Below are positions 51,446 to 60,773 of a stretch of DNA of 64,000 nucleotides, one piece after another (the first letter of the stretch is position 1; each line of letters begins with the position of its first letter). The stretch comes from a virus. Lineage: Duplodnaviria > Caudoviricetes. A program made the position numbers and the translations under genes. The notes below the pieces were generated by a model. It was not told where the DNA came from and made no database searches. It saw only the letters and a list, made by a program, of their open reading frames with translations. The DNA is taken from IMG/VR virus record IMGVR_UViG_3300046373_000059, positions 960 through 64,959 of that record. The stretch is one strand, 5' to 3'.

Positions 51446-52200
51446 GGATTGGGCCTCACGTCGGTTCGCCCCTTGACGGCGGCGCGGAAAGAAAATTCCA
51501 TCCTGGTCGCGGCCCAGGTGCGAGCCTGGAGCGCCACGGATGGGGATACCCTGATGTCGCACGACAGCACGCCAGTGCCCATTACGGTGCGGACATCGCC
51601 TACCGCATTGGTAGTTTGCGCCTGATGCGTCGCTGCCGCGCCAGATGATGCCACGCTGGCGTTTGCGGAGGTTGTCTGCGCCTGCGCTACCTGGACGGCT
51701 GCGGAAGCCGCTATGGCCCCTGTAATCGCGTTAGATTGGGCTTGGCTTGTGGCAACTATTGCTGAAACGCTGATGCCGCCCGACGCCGCAGTGGTCTGAG
51801 CCTGTGATGTAGCCACCGTGGCGCTGAAGGTTGCGGCAGCTACGGCGGCCACAGATTGCGCCTGTGACGTGGCAATGGCAGCCGCTACGCTGATGGCTGC
51901 CGTGGCCGCTGTCGTCTGCGCCTGGGACGTTGTAACGCTGGCTGACGTGGCGACAGCAGCCGTGGCCGCCGTGCTCTGAGCCTGGGATGTAGTGACGGCA
52001 GCCGACACGCTGATGGCCGCCGACACTGCCGTGGTCTGCGCTTGGCTCGTCGTCGCCGTGGCTGCCACGCTGATGGCCGCAGTAGCTGCCGCCGTTTGTG
52101 CCTGCGATGTCGTGCCGGTCGAAGTAATAGCTGCCAGCCCAGCAGCATCGCGCTGGGCAACAATTGCTACTTCCGAGATTGAGCCGAAGCCAAGCGCCAT
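51442..52200 (-). CDS. Repetitive Ala/Ser/Thr-rich fibre protein (nine 20-aa repeats)
   Basis: TTSQAQTxAATAAISVxAxx repeats visible as 60-nt DNA repeats. Confidence 0.75.
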   Translation of the reverse strand: MALGFGSISEVAIVAQRDAAGLAAITSTGTTSQAQTAAATAAISVAATATTSQAQTTAVSAAISVSAAVTTSQAQSTAATAAVATSASVTTSQAQTTAATAAISVAAAIATSQAQSVAAVAAATFSATVATSQAQTTAASGGISVSAIVATSQAQSNAITGAIAASAAVQVAQAQTTSANASVASSGAAATHQAQTTNAVGDVRTVMGTGVLSCDIRVSPSVALQARTWAATRMEFSFRAAVKGRTDVRPNP

Positions 52201-52215
52201 GGTATGCCCCGGTTG

Positions 52216-53247
52216 TTATTGCAAGCGATACCACGTCGTATTGGCAGCGACATAGATGAATTCGTATCCCTGCGCGCCGGTCAGGTTCGGATTGAATGCT
52301 GTTGGCGCGTTCGTGATGGACTGGCCCGAATTGGGAGACACGGTAAGCGCCGTGATGATCTGCGTCGAAGTGATGCGGACGCTCTGCCCATCAGTCGCCG
52401 TGGCGGGCATCGTGATGGTGCCGGTCGCCAGCGTGCCAGCCGGATCGAGGATCAGCGTGCGGATGTTGTTGGCGATGGTGATGGAAAAGCCGGTAGTGGG
52501 AACCTGCTTCGAGTAAGCCTGATCCGCTGTCGGCGTAAGCGTGATGACGCATCCCGAACCGCCAGTGCCTGAAGCGGCGCCGCCTTGCAGCTTGACGTGG
52601 CCGCCAAGGCGATTGCCGCCGCTGGCCGCCGCGCCCTGAAGCAGTAGATGCTGGCCCACTTCGTTACTGGAATCGCCTGGGCGCAGGGTCATGGTGCCAC
52701 CAGCGTTCAAGCTGGTTCCATCGCCCGACTGGATAAGAAGAGCGCCGCCAGCAGCGCCGCCACTGGAGCCTGACTTGATCGTAATGGCGCCGCCAGTGCC
52801 TGCCGCGCCGACGATCTGGATCAGCGGCGAACCGCCAGCGCCGTTCGTAATCGTTACGCCACCAGCATTATTGCCGCCAGTACCAGCGCCGCCAGTGATA
52901 ACGACGTTGCCGCCATTACCTGACGATCCGCCAAGGCCAGCGCCGCCAGTGATGTTGACGTTGCCACCTGACCCGCCACCATTGGAGCCGAAGAGCGCAG
53001 GAGGGTCGCCACCAGTGATTGCAACAGCGCCGCCAGTGGCGACGTTGACGCCAGTTGCGGATGCCGCAAGGCCGCCCTTGATGGTCATGGTGCGGCCAGT
53101 GCTGCCGGTGCCAGCAGAAATGGCGTCGCCCGGCTGGATGGTCAAGTCCTGGCCTTGATGCACACGGATATTCACCGTCGTGCCGAGGAAGGTCACGAGC
53201 AAGTATTGCAGCCCGCCCTTCAGTCGCTGTCCGATTTCGCCCAACAT
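52216..53247 (-). CDS. Gly-rich fibre protein
   Basis: GGxVxITGGxG repeats; C-terminal PAGTLATGTITMP..DGQ domain. Confidence 0.75.
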   Translation of the reverse strand: MLGEIGQRLKGGLQYLLVTFLGTTVNIRVHQGQDLTIQPGDAISAGTGSTGRTMTIKGGLAASATGVNVATGGAVAITGGDPPALFGSNGGGSGGNVNITGGAGLGGSSGNGGNVVITGGAGTGGNNAGGVTITNGAGGSPLIQIVGAAGTGGAITIKSGSSGGAAGGALLIQSGDGTSLNAGGTMTLRPGDSSNEVGQHLLLQGAAASGGNRLGGHVKLQGGAASGTGGSGCVITLTPTADQAYSKQVPTTGFSITIANNIRTLILDPAGTLATGTITMPATATDGQSVRITSTQIITALTVSPNSGQSITNAPTAFNPNLTGAQGYEFIYVAANTTWYRLQ

Positions 53248-53249
53248 AA

Positions 53250-53666
53250 TCAGAAGTCCGCGCCGTAGCCAAAGACATCGACTTCTTTGGCGGCAGTAAC
53301 AGTGGTCAGGGTCTTGACGCTCAGGACTGCGCCGCTGGCGACGTACAGCACCTTGTTGCCGTTCGCGTCATAGGCCAAGCCTGGGAACTGCGCATTGCGC
53401 AGGATGTCGATGGACGGCGCGCTGTTGATGAAGCCAGCCGTCAGCGGGATCGAAACCGTGGTCAGCACGTAATCGACGGAGCTGATCGTCAGGATCAATT
53501 GCAAGTCGCGGGCCGAAGTATCGGTCGATGCCACCATGATGGCTTCAACCTTCGTGCCATTGGTCGCGCCAGTGACGAGGGTTTTCTTGCCGGAAGCGTC
53601 GGCTGGCAAGACCTGGGCAACGAAGTTCTTGACGGTCTGCGGAAAAATTGGAGTAGCGGTAGGCAT
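53250..53666 (-). CDS. Small beta-rich virion protein
   Basis: Jelly-roll-like composition; in the fibre cluster. Confidence 0.65.
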   Translation of the reverse strand: MPTATPIFPQTVKNFVAQVLPADASGKKTLVTGATNGTKVEAIMVASTDTSARDLQLILTISSVDYVLTTVSIPLTAGFINSAPSIDILRNAQFPGLAYDANGNKVLYVASGAVLSVKTLTTVTAAKEVDVFGYGADF

Positions 53667-53668
53667 GA

Positions 53669-54040
53669 TTACAGACCCCCTGCGAAGGTATAAGAAACAT
53701 AATCGGCTGCTGGGATGGCGTTGATCTGAGCGGCTGCCAAGTCAATCCATACCTGCTTCGTGCCAGCGGAGAAATTGACCGCTGCGTTTGCGTTGCTGGA
53801 AGTCAGGACGGTCGTGCGAGCAAGCGTGTTCGTGCCGCTGTACGTGCCGAAGCCGACTTCCCAATCCCCTGTGGGAACGCCATTGCCATCCACGGCCTGC
53901 ACGCCATAATAGAACGTGTCTCCCGTGCCGCATACCGACGAGAAAGCACGGAAGCCGGTCATAGCCCCGGCGACTGTAAGCGAGCCGGTTCCCGTGGTCG
54001 TCGTCGTTTCCTTCACACGGTCGGCAATCTGCAAGGTCAT
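53669..54040 (-). CDS. Fibre attachment-domain protein
   Basis: ADRVKETTTTTGTG...WEVGFGTY...L.RTTVL.SSN...VNFSAGTK motif, usually N-terminal in fibres. Confidence 0.75.
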   Translation of the reverse strand: MTLQIADRVKETTTTTGTGSLTVAGAMTGFRAFSSVCGTGDTFYYGVQAVDGNGVPTGDWEVGFGTYSGTNTLARTTVLTSSNANAAVNFSAGTKQVWIDLAAAQINAIPAADYVSYTFAGGL

Positions 54041-54051
54041 GGCGCTCTACC

Positions 54052-54471
54052 TTACAGGCCGCTGCTGGAGTTCAGCACGTCATGCGTGAAGGACGAGCAC
54101 GAGACAACCTGCGTCGCCGTGATGGTCGTGGTGGACAGCACCAAGTTTGCGGACGAGGTGCCGACGCTGCCATCCAGTACGACGGTAGTGCCATCGGACT
54201 TCAGGGCGCGGAAGAAGGTAGCCGTTCCGCTCGCATCGGCGGACGAGTCCGACGTGATGGCATTGAACGTCAGCAGGCCGCCAGATGCAGCAGGCGCCGC
54301 CGTAGCGTTGAAGCGCAGCTCGGCCAGGAGCGTGTTGCCCGACAGCGCCGTGTCAGCCGTGGCTGGCTGCGTGCCGCTGTAAATGCGCAGGTAGCCGCTA
54401 TTCAGCAAGGTAGCAAGCGCATCAGCCTGAGCGTTGACAGTGACGTTTGCGAGCTGGGTATTGAGTGCCAT
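54052..54471 (-). CDS. Virion structural protein related to 21832-22611
   Basis: LRIYSGTQPATADTALSGNTLLAEL...GTATFFR. Confidence 0.75.
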   Translation of the reverse strand: MALNTQLANVTVNAQADALATLLNSGYLRIYSGTQPATADTALSGNTLLAELRFNATAAPAASGGLLTFNAITSDSSADASGTATFFRALKSDGTTVVLDGSVGTSSANLVLSTTTITATQVVSCSSFTHDVLNSSSGL

Positions 54472-54489
54472 GATAGTTACTCCACGTTA

Positions 54490-54522
54490 ATAAAAAAATC
54501 CCTGGCGTGAGTGGCGCCAGGG
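54490..54522 (-). terminator. Intrinsic terminator upstream of the fibre module
   Basis: Minus strand CCCTGGCG-loop-CGCCAGGG followed by ATTTTTTT. Confidence 0.7.
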
Positions 54523-54565
54523 TAAAGCGCCGGGAGGTGTCAACGCCCCCGACGAAGGAGACTCT

Positions 54566-54679
54566 TTACCGGCCCCGGCCATCGTCCTTCATACCGAAGC
54601 CAAGCTGGCGCAGAATGTCGGCCTCGCTCGGCTTATACGGAATCTGGACTGGTGGCGGTGCCTTCGGTTTCGTTGCCAT
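54566..54679 (-). CDS. Possible 37-aa peptide (MATKPKAPPP...)
   Basis: GAGG RBS; lies between a promoter-like site and the terminator. Confidence 0.5.
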   Translation of the reverse strand: MATKPKAPPPVQIPYKPSEADILRQLGFGMKDDGRGR

Positions 54680-54713
54680 GATATGTGCCTCGTGAGGTGA
54701 TGTGGCTTTTCAG

Positions 54714-54748
54714 CTTGCAGTATAAATCAATACTTGACTCTGCAAAAT
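54714..54748 (-). promoter_or_regulatory. Putative promoter overlapping an inverted repeat
   Basis: TTTGCA...TATACT on the minus strand; TTGCAG..TCAA-TAC-TTGA..CTGCAA symmetry. Confidence 0.5.
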
Positions 54749-54751
54749 ATC

Positions 54752-55105
54752 TTACTTAATGCGGCGCTCGTCGATCAGCTCGTACACATGCCGCATCTTG
54801 CGCTTGTAATCTTCTGACAACGGCTTGTCGATGTTGTGCTCGCGTGAAAGGCCGATGCTGCCAGCGGGCGCCGGGATGAAGTAACTGACCAGCCGCTTGT
54901 CCATGCTACGCTCGATTTCGCCGTCAGCGATAAGCGCTTCGAGCCGGTTGCGCGCCGCGTTCTTGCCAAGGTTGAATTTCTCGCCTATGGCGTTGCTCGA
55001 AAAGAACGTGCCGATATTGCGCTGCATGAATGCCAGGACTTCTTCCTTCGTCACGTCTTCGACAGGAGGGAAGTTGTGCAGCAGCGGGATGATGGGCTTC
55101 GTCAT
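54752..55105 (-). CDS. Winged-HTH protein
   Basis: IGEKFNLGKNAARNRLEALIADGEI. Confidence 0.7.
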   Translation of the reverse strand: MTKPIIPLLHNFPPVEDVTKEEVLAFMQRNIGTFFSSNAIGEKFNLGKNAARNRLEALIADGEIERSMDKRLVSYFIPAPAGSIGLSREHNIDKPLSEDYKRKMRHVYELIDERRIK

Positions 55106-55557
55106 TATGTCTCCTTGATCGTGATGCCGTGGATGGTCGCCATCAGGTGCTTCTTCATCAGGTAGGTGCGGGTCTTCATGCCCTTCACGTCTTCGACGAC
55201 GAGCACGCCGCCCTGGACATAGATGAAGTCCGCCTTGTAGCGCATGGCTGGCGTGGCCCGCTCGCTACCTTCCTGCTTTACTTTCGGCGCCAGCTCGAAC
55301 GTCACTTGCCGTATCAGGTTCGTGATGTAGCCCAACGCCTCGCCTTCCTTCAGATGCTTCCAGCGCTCTGCCTCGCGCTTGGAATCGAAGACGCCATCCG
55401 CCGTCGCCACCTTGACGTTGTTGTACTTGCTGCGCGCAGGCTTGGCTTCTGGCGCGGCCTCGTCCTTCGGCTGCGCCAGCTTGAGCTTGCGGCCCAGGCG
55501 TTTCTCGTAGTCGTCGAGCATTTCTTGCGACCAGCGGATAGCGTTCGTCATTTCCAC
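55105..55557 (-). CDS. DUF1064 PD-(D/E)xK endonuclease
   Basis: SKYNN...DGVFDSKREAER...YKADFIY...VEDVKG. Confidence 0.88.
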   Translation of the reverse strand: MEMTNAIRWSQEMLDDYEKRLGRKLKLAQPKDEAAPEAKPARSKYNNVKVATADGVFDSKREAERWKHLKEGEALGYITNLIRQVTFELAPKVKQEGSERATPAMRYKADFIYVQGGVLVVEDVKGMKTRTYLMKKHLMATIHGITIKET

Positions 55558-55751
55558 TCCTGGAACCAGTCGGCATCCATCTTGGCGTCGCCGCCGCTGG
55601 ACTTCGGCACTGGCGGTTCGACTTCAAACATCACGCCACTTTGGCAGTGCGGCGTGATGATCTTCTTGGTGATGTGATGCACCGTGATGCGGCCCGAGAA
55701 AGTGGTGACGACACGCGCCCCCACTTCCAGGCGCTTCGAGTGCTCGCTCAT
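55548..55751 (-). CDS. Small hypothetical protein
   Basis: CQSG...DADWF motif; coupled. Confidence 0.6.
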   Translation of the reverse strand: MSEHSKRLEVGARVVTTFSGRITVHHITKKIITPHCQSGVMFEVEPPVPKSSGGDAKMDADWFQEWK

Positions 55752-56491
55752 TCCGCAATCTCGATCTGGTTAGGATTGTAGATATGCAGCATACCCGGAT
55801 AGGCGGCGAATTCCAGGACGAGGCGGCGCTCGCCAGCCATGTTCGTGAAGTCGGCCACGATGTTGCCGTCAGCCTGGAACGAGCCGCCGATCTTGCGGGC
55901 GCACTTGCGCAGTACGCTTGGCGCCACTTCAGCGAAGTCGGCATCTACCACGCTAAAATTATCCAGCTCTTTCTTAGCATCAACATAGCGGCGGCGAACA
56001 GCGTCCAGGTCTTGACGGCAATTCGCCAATTTATCAGCCGTGTTGTCGTTGATCTGCGTAATGCGTGCAAGCTCGTCCTGGGCGGCAACTATCGCAGCGT
56101 GTGCGCTGTTGTTTTCCTTGGTCAGTTCGGCATTGCTTTGCATAAGCAAACGCTCGAAATCGTCGCGCTCGTTGCTGCTGGCAATGACTTCGGCAGCCTT
56201 AGCTTCGGCGCGGGCCAGCTCATGCTGGAGCGCTACGTTCTGCGAGCGCAGGACTTCATAGCGCTGCTGTTCCTTGTCACGCTCGGCTTCCAGCAGGCGG
56301 ATGCGGGCCGACAGGTCGGCGCTGGATTTCGTCGCCATTTCCATGCCGTGCGCGTGGATGGCTTCAACGATTCGTTGATAGCTGTCATGTACTGCCAAGC
56401 CATTCGTAAATTTAGCCTGGAAATATTTTTGCAAGCATTCTTCAAGGCCGCAGCCGCCGAAGGTCTTAGTAAATGATGTGTCGATGTCCAT
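55748..56491 (-). CDS. Coiled-coil protein
   Basis: 247-aa operonic ORF. Confidence 0.65.
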   Translation of the reverse strand: MDIDTSFTKTFGGCGLEECLQKYFQAKFTNGLAVHDSYQRIVEAIHAHGMEMATKSSADLSARIRLLEAERDKEQQRYEVLRSQNVALQHELARAEAKAAEVIASSNERDDFERLLMQSNAELTKENNSAHAAIVAAQDELARITQINDNTADKLANCRQDLDAVRRRYVDAKKELDNFSVVDADFAEVAPSVLRKCARKIGGSFQADGNIVADFTNMAGERRLVLEFAAYPGMLHIYNPNQIEIAE

Positions 56492-56503
56492 GATGTGATC
56501 CCG

Positions 56504-56782
56504 TTATTTGATAGAGTTGAGGATAGGTTTCAGGCTGCCCATTGCTTCATCCAGATTCACATACTGGAAATCGACAGCCGGGCGCGATTTGCCGTCGATG
56601 TAGGATTTCGGCCAGGGGATGTCCGTGTCGCGCTGCGCATGCTGGCCGAAGGCTTTCTCACGGCTGAAGACGCGGGCCTTGTTCAAGTCGCTCGTGTAGC
56701 CGCCGATGATGCCCCACCACATCATGTCGTTTCCGACGATGCTGCGGCTGTCTTGCAGGTAGTATTCGTCTTGATTGCTCAT
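56504..56782 (-). CDS. Conserved phage protein
   Basis: YYLQDSRSIVGNDMMWW...GYTSDL..A.VF. Confidence 0.7.
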   Translation of the reverse strand: MSNQDEYYLQDSRSIVGNDMMWWGIIGGYTSDLNKARVFSREKAFGQHAQRDTDIPWPKSYIDGKSRPAVDFQYVNLDEAMGSLKPILNSIK

Positions 56783-57039
56783 GGTCGTTGTACCTCGATC
56801 TGTTCTGCAAAATCAGCGCCGTGGCCGCGCCCGAATGATTCAAACTTCTGGCAGCCGCCGCCCGGCATGATGTCAGGCGCATCCAGGCAGTATCCAGCAT
56901 CAATGCGAAGATTGCCCATACATTCCATTTTTTCCTGCCTGCTGGCGTGATGATTCCGAATAAGGAAATCAATCACCAATTCCATATACGATGACCTGTA
57001 TATTTCCAGCAGGCTGATGGCGTTGTACTCGTAGGTCAT
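56779..57039 (-). CDS. Hypothetical protein
   Basis: Coupled at both ends. Confidence 0.5.
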   Translation of the reverse strand: MTYEYNAISLLEIYRSSYMELVIDFLIRNHHASRQEKMECMGNLRIDAGYCLDAPDIMPGGGCQKFESFGRGHGADFAEQIEVQRP

Positions 57040-57713
57040 GCGAAGCCCCCTGTGCCAGCCAGCGGCGTCTTGTCGGTCTTCGTGATGTCCATCCAGTTAA
57101 GGAACGTGCGACGCTCGCAGCAGTGGATCGTGTCGCTGCCGATGGAGTACAGCACATAGCTGGCCTTGTTGTTGCGCGTCAGGCCGGTGATGCGGCGATG
57201 CGTGTGCTTGCTGTCGTTCTTCGGGTAGTAGATCGAGCCTTCGCGCAGTACGATGCTGCTCAGGTCGTTGCGCTTCCGCCGTGGAGCATCGACAGGTACT
57301 CCCGCCGCCGCTTCAGTTCCTGGTTGACCAGCAACATCAGGTCGTTGACCGCTTCCTTCCCCAGCTCCTTCACCTTCGACTCGTAATGCTGTTGTCGGCG
57401 CAGCTTCGGCATCGCCGCCAGATACCGCACTTGGCAGCACTGGTTCTTCATTTGATACCTGCCGCTGTACGTCATGCACAGGTTGCACGGGTTCGCTACC
57501 GTCGTCATCATTCAGCCCCATCAGTCGGTCAATTTCTTCCTTCGGAATACCAGCGGCTTCGATCTTGTCGAAGACGGTAGCCGGGATGTTTTTCTGGCCG
57601 CAACGCATCATCGAAATGAACGACTTGACGCAGCCAAGCGCCTTGCCGAATTCAATGTCGTTCTTTGCGCCCAGCTTGGACTTCGCTGCTGCCAGTAAAT
57701 GAATGCGGCTCAT
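57036..57713 (-). CDS. HTH protein with long linker and C-terminal beta domain
   Basis: Start MSRIHLL at 57713; NDIEFGKALGCVKSFISMMRCG HTH. Confidence 0.7.
   Translation of the reverse strand: MSRIHLLAAAKSKLGAKNDIEFGKALGCVKSFISMMRCGQKNIPATVFDKIEAAGIPKEEIDRLMGLNDDDGSEPVQPVHDVQRQVSNEEPVLPSAVSGGDAEAAPTTALRVEGEGAGEGSGQRPDVAGQPGTEAAAGVPVDAPRRKRNDLSSIVLREGSIYYPKNDSKHTHRRITGLTRNNKASYVLYSIGSDTIHCCERRTFLNWMDITKTDKTPLAGTGGFA
57260..57511 (-). CDS. Nested out-of-frame gene C (83 aa, CxxC...CC)
   Basis: GC-ending codons in this frame; it coincides with the low-complexity linker of the host ORF. Confidence 0.65.
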   Translation of the reverse strand: MMTTVANPCNLCMTYSGRYQMKNQCCQVRYLAAMPKLRRQQHYESKVKELGKEAVNDLMLLVNQELKRRREYLSMLHGGSATT

Positions 57714-57898
57714 GTCGTTTCTTTCGGTTGTTGGTTGACGCCGTGGCCGCGCAGGACGCACTGCTTGCAGAAGTCGTCGGACGCCAGGATGTACTGAGTC
57801 GTCGAACGATGGCGCTTGCAATGCCTGCAAAGCTTTGTCTTGTGGTTCAGATGCCAGTCAGGTGGCGAACCGTGATATGGCGCTGCATGTACTTGCAT
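57710..57898 (-). CDS. Small zinc-finger protein
   Basis: GAGGA RBS; CxxC...CxxC. Confidence 0.65.
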   Translation of the reverse strand: MQVHAAPYHGSPPDWHLNHKTKLCRHCKRHRSTTQYILASDDFCKQCVLRGHGVNQQPKETT

Positions 57899-58302
57899 TT
57901 CTGGTTCCTCTGTGGGGTATAAGTTACCTTATTGAGTCACCATTCTATCTGATTTCACTGTTGTTTTTTGGTTCGCTTCTGCGTACAGAACTGTACAGCG
58001 AATTGGAATCTACCTATAAGAGATAACTATGAATCTAGGTTTTTTACTGTTGATCTTAGATTGTCTCGGTTTGTCTGACAGCACCCCCCAGCCCAAACGC
58101 GAACGTTTGATACCGTGAGGTGTCGTTTGATCCTGAGTCGCCTTCGGACGCCACGCACATAGAACAGACTTTCGCCATCATGATGGCTCCCCCGGCGCGC
58201 TCTATTCACTATCACCCACGCTTGGCCCTGCCGGTCTTTCTTGGCCCCTACATGCTGCGGTCGTTCGGCGGTTGCCCCTCCCTACTCCGCAGCACTGTCC
58301 TG

Positions 58303-59208
58303 CTATCTGAAGATTGGCTTGGCCTCCTTCAGTATGGCTTGCCGTACCTTCATCTTCGACCAGCCTTCCATTAATGCGTCGCACCAGTCCGTGCCTTTAA
58401 TGCCCACTGGATAGGCCAAACCGGCCCCCAGCGCGTCCGCAGCCTTCTTCCCGTACTCCAGGCCGGGATTTGTCGCAATGCCCTTGGTGAGCCTGAATTT
58501 CTCTGCTGTCGCCACGTCGTTGTCGGCGCATACAACGGTCATCCCGTGCGGCTTAGACTCGGTGGCGACCAGCAGCATATTGGCTGCGGTGAAGCAGACC
58601 ACGACAGTGCAGGATGGGATGGCTTGGAAGATGGCTAGGCCGGTGGCGAAGCCCTCGCAGTACACGGTCAGCGTGCTGTCGTGTCGAGCCAGTAGGAGTG
58701 ATGTGCCCTTCGATATGGCGTCCTCCCAATACAGCTTCGTGCCGTCGCCAGCGATGCGCTGGACGCACAGGAGCGATCCGTTGCGATACATGGGCACTAC
58801 CATCCACTTGCCGTCCACGCGCACGGCATCGCAGCCCTGCACGGTCAGGCCGTGGCTTTCAAGGTATGGATGGCCGCCCTGCATGGGCTTTGCCATGGCG
58901 TAGTAGTCGCGGGCGGCGTGGACTGCTGCCACCTTGACGCGGCGCTCTTCATCTTTACGCGCCTGGATTTCTTCGGGACTGCGCTGCGGCAGCAGTTCGA
59001 TCTGTTCGGCGGACGCCTTCCATGTCAGCGTTTCCCCGCTGCGTGAAAAGTCGCCATAGTATCCGACGCGCCCATCATAGTTGAGCTTGTAATACCCGTT
59101 CTTTTTCTTCGGATGCTCCACGGTTTTGCACCGATGGAATTTACCATCCGGCTCCACGGAATCAACCATGAAGCCGTTGGCCTGGAGGACAAATAAGAAG
59201 TCGCTCAT
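58303..59208 (-). CDS. Toprim-domain DNA primase
   Basis: DGKFHRC, HPYL, CEGFATG, VVCADND, TDWCD. Confidence 0.9.
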   Translation of the reverse strand: MSDFLFVLQANGFMVDSVEPDGKFHRCKTVEHPKKKNGYYKLNYDGRVGYYGDFSRSGETLTWKASAEQIELLPQRSPEEIQARKDEERRVKVAAVHAARDYYAMAKPMQGGHPYLESHGLTVQGCDAVRVDGKWMVVPMYRNGSLLCVQRIAGDGTKLYWEDAISKGTSLLLARHDSTLTVYCEGFATGLAIFQAIPSCTVVVCFTAANMLLVATESKPHGMTVVCADNDVATAEKFRLTKGIATNPGLEYGKKAADALGAGLAYPVGIKGTDWCDALMEGWSKMKVRQAILKEAKPIFR

Positions 59209-60773
59209 TTTGCTTTGGCCTTACCTTTAGCGAAACGAATCTGGCTCGCAACTATGCGCTTCCTGATCGCGTCGGTCAATGGCTTTCCATCAGTCGCATG
59301 GTACGTCGAGCGCGGCCATTCGCCTGTGATGGACTTGTAGATTGCCATCGCATATTTCTCGCCTTCCAGTCCGCGCTTTTGCTTCGCGTATGTGACAACC
59401 TGGGGCCAGATTTCTGCGTTCATTTTCTTCGGGTCGCCATGTGCCGCGACCTCTTTTAATTTGCCAGCCTTGTGCTGCACGCCCTTGGTTTTCCGTGGGT
59501 ACTCGAAGCCGCATTGCGGGCAGTTAGGCATGGGCGCGTGCAGCCGCTTGCAAACCGGGCATTTCATCGGTTCGCTTTCCTCGGTTTTCGGCTTTTCCTT
59601 CGACTTCGACTTCTTGCCGTCATCCAGTTCCTGCGCGCCATGCTCGAAGAATTCAGTCCACTCTTTCCAGAAGCGATGCAGGTTGCCGGAATGGTCGAGC
59701 ACGATCAGTACATCCTTGCCGGTTTCCGGCGACACGCGCAGTCCGCGCCCGAAGAACTGGATAACGTCGGCCAAGGACTTGCGATATGGCTTTGCCATAA
59801 TCAGCACGCCGATGTCTGGAACGTCGAAGCCCTTGGTGGCAGCCGTGACCGTAATTAGGCCGCGATAGAAGCTGTCGGGCTTGCGGTACTCTTCCACGAT
59901 TTCCTTGCGGTCTTCGTCTTTGTCCAGGTATGTATAGGTGGCGCACATGACGCCAGCTTCCATGAACTGCCGGTGCAATTCCTTGACGTGATCTACATCG
60001 ACGGCTTGGCAAATGAACTTCTTCCCCTCGCCGTGCGCAAGGTACTCGGCCACGCAATCGCCCACCACTTCCAGGGCGCGCTTCGATGATTCCTTTTCGT
60101 CCCACTCCCCGCCGCTTACCTTCACGCCAGTCATGTCCGGTTCGGAAGCGGCGAATATCTTGTAAGGGGAAAGCAAGCCTTTGGCTATCAGCTCGTTCGT
60201 TGTCGTCACGTTGACGAGCGCATCGAAGTACAAGCCCAGCTCTTTCGTGAATGGTGTAGCGGACAGGCCAAGCGTGATGCGAGTGCGGCCAGCCATGCGT
60301 TTTTTCTGCGTGTCGTAAAGCGTATGCGCTTCATCGAACACATCGACATCAGCTTCGGGCCACTTACGCCGGGCCAGGGTCTGCGCGCTGCACAGTTGCA
60401 CACGCTCCCACGGGCGGAACTTCCAATGGTCGGCCTGATGGACGCCGAACTTGATCTGGAACTTGTCGAATTCTGTTGCTGTCTGGTCGATCAGGTTAAT
60501 CCTATCGACGACGAAGTTTGCCCGCTTCAGCTTGCGCGCTGTCTCATTGATGACGTATGAGGCAAGACGAGTCTTACCTGCGCCGGTAGGGGCGCAGATA
60601 AGGATGTTCTTCTTGCCTTCCCTGATATGCTGCCGTATCTCACCGATGCAGCGCTGTTGCCAATCACGCAGGCCGTCCCAAAATTCAGCATCCAATTCGG
60701 GAACGGCTTGCGCCACGGCAGCCGCTACTGGCTGCATCGCTGGTGACGACAGCATATCAAGTTGCTCGCTCAT
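59205..60773 (-). CDS. SF2 (DEAH) helicase with C-terminal zinc ribbon
   Basis: APTGAGKT, DEAH, GLSATP, GFDVPD, QFFGRGLR, CPVC..CPQC. Confidence 0.92.
   Translation of the reverse strand: MSEQLDMLSSPAMQPVAAAVAQAVPELDAEFWDGLRDWQQRCIGEIRQHIREGKKNILICAPTGAGKTRLASYVINETARKLKRANFVVDRINLIDQTATEFDKFQIKFGVHQADHWKFRPWERVQLCSAQTLARRKWPEADVDVFDEAHTLYDTQKKRMAGRTRITLGLSATPFTKELGLYFDALVNVTTTNELIAKGLLSPYKIFAASEPDMTGVKVSGGEWDEKESSKRALEVVGDCVAEYLAHGEGKKFICQAVDVDHVKELHRQFMEAGVMCATYTYLDKDEDRKEIVEEYRKPDSFYRGLITVTAATKGFDVPDIGVLIMAKPYRKSLADVIQFFGRGLRVSPETGKDVLIVLDHSGNLHRFWKEWTEFFEHGAQELDDGKKSKSKEKPKTEESEPMKCPVCKRLHAPMPNCPQCGFEYPRKTKGVQHKAGKLKEVAAHGDPKKMNAEIWPQVVTYAKQKRGLEGEKYAMAIYKSITGEWPRSTYHATDGKPLTDAIRKRIVASQIRFAKGKAKAK

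Noticed and set aside
51600-52130. 60-nt tandem repeats as a DNA-level element or DGR template/variable repeats
   Set aside because: Variation is mostly synonymous or conservative, not adenine-specific, and there is no reverse transcriptase; they are explained by the 20-aa protein repeat.
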